NCBI RefSeq assembly: GCF_046105845.1
Contig: NZ_CP151004.1
Source of the DNA: Escherichia coli
GTDB lineage: Bacteria > Pseudomonadota > Gammaproteobacteria > Enterobacterales > Enterobacteriaceae
Length of the DNA stretch: 64,000 nucleotides
Direction: 5' to 3' (one strand)
The translations under genes and the position numbers were made by a program. Of this stretch, positions 58,011-64,000 are shown in pieces. How positions within the stretch are numbered: the stretch's first letter is position 1; each line of letters begins with the position of its first letter. The notes beneath the pieces are model-generated. The model saw only the letters and a list, made by a program, of their open reading frames with translations. It was not told the origin of the DNA and did not search any database.

Positions 58011-59696
58011 ATGTACGATTTTAATCTGGTGTTGCTGCTGCTTCAGCAGATGTGCGTTTTTTTAGTCATTGCGTGGTTAATGAGTAAAACGCCATTATTC
58101 ATACCGTTAATGCAGGTCACGGTTCGTCTGCCGCATAAATTTCTCTGCTACATCGTCTTTTCCATCTTCTGCATCATGGGCACCTGGTTTGGGCTGCATA
58201 TTGACGATTCTATTGCCAATACCCGTGCGATAGGCGCGGTAATGGGCGGCTTACTCGGCGGTCCGGTCGTCGGTGGGCTGGTTGGTCTGACCGGCGGGTT
58301 ACATCGATATTCGATGGGGGGCATGACCGCGCTAAGTTGCATGATCTCGACCATCGTTGAAGGGTTGCTCGGCGGCCTGGTACACAGCATCCTGATCCGT
58401 CGCGGGCGCACTGATAAAGTCTTTAACCCCATTACCGCCGGTGCCGTCACGTTCGTCGCTGAAATGGTGCAAATGTTGATCATCCTGGCGATCGCCCGAC
58501 CTTATGAAGATGCGGTGCGTTTGGTGAGTAATATTGCTGCGCCAATGATGGTCACCAATACCGTCGGCGCGGCGCTGTTTATGCGTATATTGCTCGATAA
58601 ACGCGCGATGTTTGAAAAATACACTTCGGCTTTTTCTGCCACTGCGCTAAAAGTGGCTGCCTCGACGGAAGGCATTTTGCGCCAGGGGTTTAACGAAGTG
58701 AACAGCATGAAAGTGGCACAGGTGCTGTATCAGGAGCTGGATATTGGTGCAGTCGCGATTACCGATCGAGAAAAATTGCTGGCCTTTACCGGAATTGGTG
58801 ACGACCACCATTTACCCGGCAAACCGATTTCTTCGACTTATACCTTAAAAGCGATTGAAACCGGTGAAGTGGTCTACGCTGATGGCAACGAAGTACCTTA
58901 TCGTTGCTCTTTGCATCCGCAATGCAAACTGGGATCGACGCTGGTAATTCCGTTGCGTGGCGAAAATCAGCGGGTGATGGGCACCATCAAATTGTATGAA
59001 GCCAAAAACCGTTTATTCAGTTCAATCAACCGCACGCTGGGCGAGGGGATTGCGCAACTGCTTTCGGCGCAGATCCTCGCCGGGCAATATGAGCGGCAAA
59101 AAGCGATGCTCACCCAGTCAGAGATCAAACTGCTTCACGCCCAGGTGAACCCCCATTTTTTGTTTAATGCGCTTAACACCATTAAAGCGGTGATCCGCCG
59201 CGACAGCGAACAGGCCAGCCAGCTGGTGCAGTATCTTTCCACTTTTTTCCGCAAAAACTTAAAGCGGCCTTCGGAGTTTGTTACTCTCGCAGACGAAATT
59301 GAACATGTGAACGCTTATCTGCAAATTGAAAAGGCGCGCTTCCAGTCGCGGTTGCAGGTCAACATTGCTATTCCGCAAGAATTATCCCAGCAGCAATTGC
59401 CCGCGTTTACCCTGCAACCGATAGTGGAAAACGCCATTAAACATGGGACATCACAACTGCTCGATACAGGGCGAGTGGCAATCAGCGCCCGACGTGAGGG
59501 GCAACATTTGATGCTGGAGATCGAAGACAATGCCGGTTTGTATCAACCGGTAACCAATGCCAGTGGGCTGGGGATGAATCTGGTGGATAAGCGTTTACGT
59601 GAACGGTTTGGCGATGACTATGGGATAAGCGTCGCCTGTGAGCCTGATAGTTACACCCGAATAACGTTACGACTACCATGGAGGGACGAGGCATGA
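58011..59696 (+). CDS. btsS: LytS-type sensor histidine kinase (pyruvate-sensing two-component system)
   Basis: 561 aa from ATG 58011; 5TM-LytS N-terminus, GAF-like region, His-kinase with conserved …[14 protein letters not shown]… H-box. Confidence 0.9.
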   Translation: MYDFNLVLLLLQQMCVFLVIAWLMSKTPLFIPLMQVTVRLPHKFLCYIVFSIFCIMGTWFGLHIDDSIANTRAIGAVMGGLLGGPVVGGLVGLTGGLHRYSMGGMTALSCMISTIVEGLLGGLVHSILIRRGRTDKVFNPITAGAVTFVAEMVQMLIILAIARPYEDAVRLVSNIAAPMMVTNTVGAALFMRILLDKRAMFEKYTSAFSATALKVAASTEGILRQGFNEVNSMKVAQVLYQELDIGAVAITDREKLLAFTGIGDDHHLPGKPISSTYTLKAIETGEVVYADGNEVPYRCSLHPQCKLGSTLVIPLRGENQRVMGTIKLYEAKNRLFSSINRTLGEGIAQLLSAQILAGQYERQKAMLTQSEIKLLHAQVNPHFLFNALNTIKAVIRRDSEQASQLVQYLSTFFRKNLKRPSEFVTLADEIEHVNAYLQIEKARFQSRLQVNIAIPQELSQQQLPAFTLQPIVENAIKHGTSQLLDTGRVAISARREGQHLMLEIEDNAGLYQPVTNASGLGMNLVDKRLRERFGDDYGISVACEPDSYTRITLRLPWRDEA

Positions 59697-60412
59697 TTAA
59701 AGTCTTAATTGTCGATGATGAACCGTTAGCACGGGAGAACCTGCGCGTATTTTTGCAGGAGCAGAGCGATATTGAAATCGTTGGTGAGTGTTCAAACGCC
59801 GTGGAAGGGATCGGCGCGGTGCATAAACTGCGCCCGGATGTGCTGTTTCTTGATATCCAGATGCCGCGCATCAGTGGTCTGGAAATGGTGGGAATGCTCG
59901 ACCCGGAACATCGTCCGTATATCGTTTTTCTCACCGCGTTTGACGAATACGCTATTAAAGCCTTTGAAGAACATGCCTTTGATTATCTGCTGAAGCCAAT
60001 TGACGAAGCGCGACTGGAGAAAACGCTGGCGCGATTGCGTCTGGAGCGCAGCAAGCAGGATGTTTCGCTGTTACCGGAAAATCAACAGGCGCTGAAATTT
60101 ATCCCTTGTACGGGGCATAGTCGGATTTATTTGCTGCAAATGAAAGATGTGGCATTTGTCAGCAGTCGGATGAGCGGTGTCTACGTTACCAGTCACGAAG
60201 GGAAAGAGGGCTTTACCGAACTGACATTACGTACCCTGGAGAGTCGTACACCACTACTACGCTGCCATCGTCAGTATCTGGTTAACCTCGCGCATTTACA
60301 GGAGATTCGTCTGGAAGATAACGGCCAGGCCGAGTTGATTTTGCGTAATGGCTTAACCGTGCCGGTCAGCCGTCGTTATCTGAAAAGCTTAAAAGAGGCG
60401 ATTGGCCTGTAA
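59693..60412 (+). CDS. btsR: LytTR-family response regulator
   Basis: 239 aa from ATG 59693 ([16 protein letters not shown]…); receiver domain plus LytTR DNA-binding domain; start overlaps the btsS stop (ATGA). Confidence 0.9.
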   Translation: MIKVLIVDDEPLARENLRVFLQEQSDIEIVGECSNAVEGIGAVHKLRPDVLFLDIQMPRISGLEMVGMLDPEHRPYIVFLTAFDEYAIKAFEEHAFDYLLKPIDEARLEKTLARLRLERSKQDVSLLPENQQALKFIPCTGHSRIYLLQMKDVAFVSSRMSGVYVTSHEGKEGFTELTLRTLESRTPLLRCHRQYLVNLAHLQEIRLEDNGQAELILRNGLTVPVSRRYLKSLKEAIGL

Positions 60413-60458
60413 AAGACTGCTAAAATGGCTTTTTGCCTCATCAACACCTGAAGGCCTC

Positions 60459-60929
60459 ATGCTAAGTAACGATATTCTGCGCAGCGTGCGCTACATTTTG
60501 AAAGCCAATAATAATGACCTGGTGCGTATTCTGGCGCTGGGTAATGTCGAAGCCACCGCGGAACAGATCGCCGTCTGGCTACGTAAAGAAGACGAAGAGG
60601 GTTTTCAGCGTTGTCCGGACATTGTTTTGTCTTCCTTCCTCAATGGCCTGATTTATGAAAAACGCGGCAAGGATGAGTCTGCTCCGGCACTGGAGCCGGA
60701 ACGTCGCATTAATAACAACATCGTGCTGAAAAAATTACGCATCGCGTTTTCGCTGAAAACCGATGACATTCTGGCGATCCTTACCGAACAGCAGTTCCGC
60801 GTTTCGATGCCGGAAATTACGGCGATGATGCGTGCACCGGATCATAAAAACTTCCGCGAATGCGGCGATCAATTTTTACGTTATTTTCTGCGTGGACTGG
60901 CAGCGCGCCAGCATGTGAAGAAAAGCTAA
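60459..60929 (+). CDS. yehS: DUF1456-family protein
   Basis: 156 aa from ATG 60459 (MLSNDILRSVRYILK…); the track ORF from 60402 is 5'-extended. Confidence 0.85.
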   Translation: MLSNDILRSVRYILKANNNDLVRILALGNVEATAEQIAVWLRKEDEEGFQRCPDIVLSSFLNGLIYEKRGKDESAPALEPERRINNNIVLKKLRIAFSLKTDDILAILTEQQFRVSMPEITAMMRAPDHKNFRECGDQFLRYFLRGLAARQHVKKS

Positions 60930-60938
60930 GACGGGTAT

Positions 60939-60963
60939 GGCGGCCATGCGAAACATGGCCGCC
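60939..60963. terminator. Hairpin between convergent yehS and yehR (possible bidirectional terminator)
   Basis: ggcggccatg-cgaaa-catggccgcc, a perfect 10-bp GC-rich stem; flanking T/A runs are short. Confidence 0.5.
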
Positions 60964-60969
60964 GACAGA

Positions 60970-61431
60970 TTATTTCACTTCTTTAAAACCAGCGGCTTTC
61001 ATCACCAGTTCCATTTGCGCCATAGTGATACCTTTTTTGGCATCTTCAGCAGAAACGTTGATTCCTGAAATACCCTGCAGGGCTTTAAAATCCACTTTTT
61101 CCATATCGATAGTCACGTTTTCCTGCGCGTAGGTATCGGTATAGGTTAATTTTTCTTCAACACCCGCGATGTTTTTGTATTTGGCGCTTAACGGCTCAAG
61201 TGTCTTGGCAGCATCTTCTTTGGTGGTTGCACCAATGGAGGCAAATTGAATTTTGGTTTCAGAAGATTGCTTAAGCACCTTGTCACCTTTGTAGACATAG
61301 GTAATGGCAATTTCAGTGCCGTTCAGATTGGCGCTGAATTTTTTCGATTCTTCTTTGTCACCGCAGCCAGCAAGAGAGAAAACCAGAACAGATGCAACAA
61401 CGAGGGAAAACAGCTTATTGAAAGCCTTCAT
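60970..61431 (-). CDS. yehR: Lipoprotein (DUF1307)
   Basis: 153 aa from ATG 61431 (MKAFNKLFSLVVASVLVFSLAGC, lipobox). Confidence 0.85.
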   Translation of the reverse strand: MKAFNKLFSLVVASVLVFSLAGCGDKEESKKFSANLNGTEIAITYVYKGDKVLKQSSETKIQFASIGATTKEDAAKTLEPLSAKYKNIAGVEEKLTYTDTYAQENVTIDMEKVDFKALQGISGINVSAEDAKKGITMAQMELVMKAAGFKEVK

Positions 61432-61876
61432 GTAAAACTCCATTTTATTTAATCAAGGAACTGGTGACTCTCACCAGGGGCTATATAGGATATGCCTAAT
61501 ACCGTGGCGTGAGCAGTCCGGAACTGGAGTAGAACTCTTAGTAAAAAGCACTATTTCATCCTTGTTGCTGAAGCATGGGGAATAATTGTTCGCAAAGCAA
61601 AACACCGTTATTCATTGCTTCTACCCGTGCCTCGCTTTCTGTATTACGAAATTGTGCCAACACATGTGCCAGCCGATAAAAACCCACCGCGGTGAGGTCA
61701 TTCGCCAGCAACTCTGCCTGACCAATAGCACTCTGTTCCTGATAGCGCCAGCCGTTATGGAGCAGTTGAATAAGTAACGCCTGGCAGCGCATCAGCAACT
61801 GATGAGCGGTAGACGGCACAGGCAGAACGCTGGCAGAAGGTAGCGGTGCCACAGGCGCAGTTTCTGCGTCCAGCGC

Positions 61877-63556
61877 TCAGGCGCGGGTTTTGGTCATCAT
61901 TACCCGTGGTTCCAGTGTCAATTGCCCCTCAACAAAACTGACAAAGCCAGAAACCAGACTCACGGGGTCGTCTGTGTGTTGCAAAAGTGCCGCCATGCGT
62001 TCAACGGCAAAAGGAGAACAGGCAGATGCCGGAAGGGATAACGTCAGCACATTATCTTCCCCTTCGCCGCTAATGACCTGCGCGTCCAGTGTCTGGCGGC
62101 TGCTATCCCAACCAAGCGAAATACACTCCGCTACCGGCAGAATAAATAAGTTATCGACCTGGTTGAGTGGTCGTATGCAGGCGGGGGGACGCTGGCGTAA
62201 ATATTCCCGCAAAGCCACAATGCCCGACTGGCGCAACGGCGCGCTCAACATTTGCCAGGCGTCTGGCGACAGCGGCACAACGCTGCTTAAGCGGTTGCGG
62301 GTAGCTAACAACAGCTCGCCATCGGCACTGCGTTTTGCTGCTTGTGAAACAATTTGCCCACCTGCCAGTGCGCCAGCCAGAAAACTAAACAGCCGACGCG
62401 TCGCTGCCGGTGAGTTTTCCTGTTCGCTTCTCGGCCAACTACGCGAAAGATGCAAAATACTGCCAGTGTCGGGATCGGTAAACCAGATGCGTAAACCATA
62501 ATGCTCAATATCCTGCCAGCAACGCATACCTAAAGACACCAGCCGCAGATGATCAAGCTTTGCTTCTCCGGCAATGCCAGAGCCAACGACCGTGCGCCAC
62601 GGCACAGGAGGAACTTCACCAACACTGTCGCGCCGGGCCATCTCTTGTGCGCAATTTAATCGACTGTTTAATGCCGCAAGCTGACGTAAGCATTCTCCGA
62701 CATGATAGTGGCTGGCGCGGGCGTGGAAGGCATCAACGCTGGCGCGCAGTTGCCGTAGCGATTCACTCACCCAGCGCCAGTTGCAGCGTTCCGCCGCTTG
62801 CTGCGCGCGGCTGAAAGCAGCCTTGTAATGAATAAGCGGCTGGCTGATGCCGCCAAGCCATAACGCCTGGCTTAATTGCTGAACATATTGACGACACGCG
62901 TCGCCCTCATCGTTGGCAAACGGATCGTCAGATGATGTGACGTGTTCGCTGCGCATCTGCCAGATTAAATGAGTAAATTCCGCTTGCTGCGCTTTGGCCT
63001 GGACAAAGGCCTGTACTGCCAGTACGACATGTTCGCAAAGTGTGCCGTCAATACAATCACAGCGTGCGAAACGAATGCTGCTGCGGGAATAAAAACGTAC
63101 ATCGCTCATCGGTAAGCGGGCAGAGGGAATTTCGCCCGGCGTACAGAACAACTCAATGGTGATGCCTTTAGCGACCAGTGTCTGTGCGCGTTTGCGGGTG
63201 GCATCGGGCAGGGTAGCCAGTTCTTCCAGCCAGATTGCCGGATCCCACTCTTCTTCTTTTTCCGTAGGCTGGGTGGTGGCGCAAAGTCGCTGATAACTTA
63301 AAACCAGCATCACGCGATGGCGGCACATGCCGCTGGCCCCGCAGCTGCATTGAGCCTCTTTCAGTGCCTGACCGTTCGCCAGCTGGGTGCGGACACCGTC
63401 ACTGAAGGTGGCGATTAAAGCGCCGTTCTCATGGCTGATTTCCGGGACGTTGCCATTTTCCAGTTCTTTAAGGCTGCGCTTAACAAAACCGGCATTGCTT
63501 AACGCCGTCAAAGCTTGTGGTGTCAGTTCTAATAATTCCGGCCGTAGTGAATTCAT
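61877..63556 (-). CDS. yehQ: SWIM zinc-finger domain protein (reading frame ends at an in-frame TGA; see findings)
   Basis: 559-aa ORF; start ATG overlaps the yehP stop (ATGA at 63553-63556). Contains Cys/His SWIM-like clusters (…CSCGASGMCRHRV…, …CDCIDGTLCEHV…). Confidence 0.75.
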   Translation of the reverse strand: MNSLRPELLELTPQALTALSNAGFVKRSLKELENGNVPEISHENGALIATFSDGVRTQLANGQALKEAQCSCGASGMCRHRVMLVLSYQRLCATTQPTEKEEEWDPAIWLEELATLPDATRKRAQTLVAKGITIELFCTPGEIPSARLPMSDVRFYSRSSIRFARCDCIDGTLCEHVVLAVQAFVQAKAQQAEFTHLIWQMRSEHVTSSDDPFANDEGDACRQYVQQLSQALWLGGISQPLIHYKAAFSRAQQAAERCNWRWVSESLRQLRASVDAFHARASHYHVGECLRQLAALNSRLNCAQEMARRDSVGEVPPVPWRTVVGSGIAGEAKLDHLRLVSLGMRCWQDIEHYGLRIWFTDPDTGSILHLSRSWPRSEQENSPAATRRLFSFLAGALAGGQIVSQAAKRSADGELLLATRNRLSSVVPLSPDAWQMLSAPLRQSGIVALREYLRQRPPACIRPLNQVDNLFILPVAECISLGWDSSRQTLDAQVISGEGEDNVLTLSLPASACSPFAVERMAALLQHTDDPVSLVSGFVSFVEGQLTLEPRVMMTKTRA

Positions 63557-64000
63557 GACTGAAGATTCTCCGCAAGCCAGGTCGCCAGTTCGCCCGGCGT
63601 CATGGCGGCTATTTGTGCGCCGACATTAACCAGCGCCTGGGCCGTATCGTGGTCATAGCAAGGTGTTGCGGTGCTATCGAGCGCCGCCAGTCCCAGTACT
63701 TTGATGCCGCTCTGGACACACTTTTTCACCTGATGCGTCAGTAATGATGATGAACCCCCTTCGTAAAAATCGCTCACGAGGATAATGACGCTTTTCGCTG
63801 GTTGTTCAATAAGTTGCCGACCATATTCCATGGCACTGGCGATATTGGTTCCGCCGCCTAATTGCACTTTCATTAATAACTCTACCGGATCGGCAACGTC
63901 TGCCGTGAGATCAACCACGCTGGTGTCAAACGCCACCAGATGGGTACGAATACCGGGTAACTGCCATAAACAGGTCGCCATCACCGCTGAGTGGATCACC
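63553..64000 (-). CDS. yehP: von Willebrand factor A (VWA) domain protein, C-terminal part (N-terminus beyond window end)
   Basis: Open reverse-strand frame to the window edge; VWA-like sequence (…VAFDTSVVDL…GGGTNIASAMEYG…ILVSDFYEGG…). Confidence 0.8.
   Translation of the reverse strand, partial: VIHSAVMATCLWQLPGIRTHLVAFDTSVVDLTADVADPVELLMKVQLGGGTNIASAMEYGRQLIEQPAKSVIILVSDFYEGGSSSLLTHQVKKCVQSGIKVLGLAALDSTATPCYDHDTAQALVNVGAQIAAMTPGELATWLAENLQS

Noticed and set aside
61877-61879. In-frame TGA in yehQ as a selenocysteine codon
   Set aside because: No SECIS-like hairpin is evident immediately downstream, and the context (a zinc-finger protein) gives no reason to expect a selenoprotein; nonsense mutation or natural stop is more parsimonious.

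Overview
This 64-kb window reads as an ordinary, conserved Escherichia coli core-chromosome segment. I see no sign of a horizontally acquired island or a novel multi-gene system. Gene order matches, from memory, the K-12-type yejA–rtn–mepS … btsSR–yehS–yehR–yehQ–yehP interval in reverse orientation. About 59 protein-coding genes are called, including fruBKA, psuKGT, rihB, nupX, nfo, lysP, cirA, folE, galS, mglBAC, preTA, cdd, dusC, dld, bglX, osmF-yehYXW and btsSR. Two sub-60-aa genes (yohP, yohO) are missing from the ORF track and were found by manual translation. There are no rRNA or tRNA genes, no CRISPR array, and no transposase, integrase or phage-like ORFs. Supported non-coding features are REP/BIME repeats, several intrinsic-terminator hairpins, Cra operators at fruB, a Fur box at cirA, and CRP/Gal-type sites at mgl, galS and cdd. 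The most notable unexplained items are: a GC-rich, highly structured ~200-bp element between dusC and yohP; an in-frame TGA splitting the yehQ reading frame; a 27-nt motif conserved upstream of the paralogous transporters psuT and nupX; an 18-bp tandem repeat upstream of psuK; and terminator-like hairpins in the dusC leader. All calls rest on reading the sequence and remembered family signatures; no database search was run. Start codons were chosen by remembered protein lengths and should be verified.
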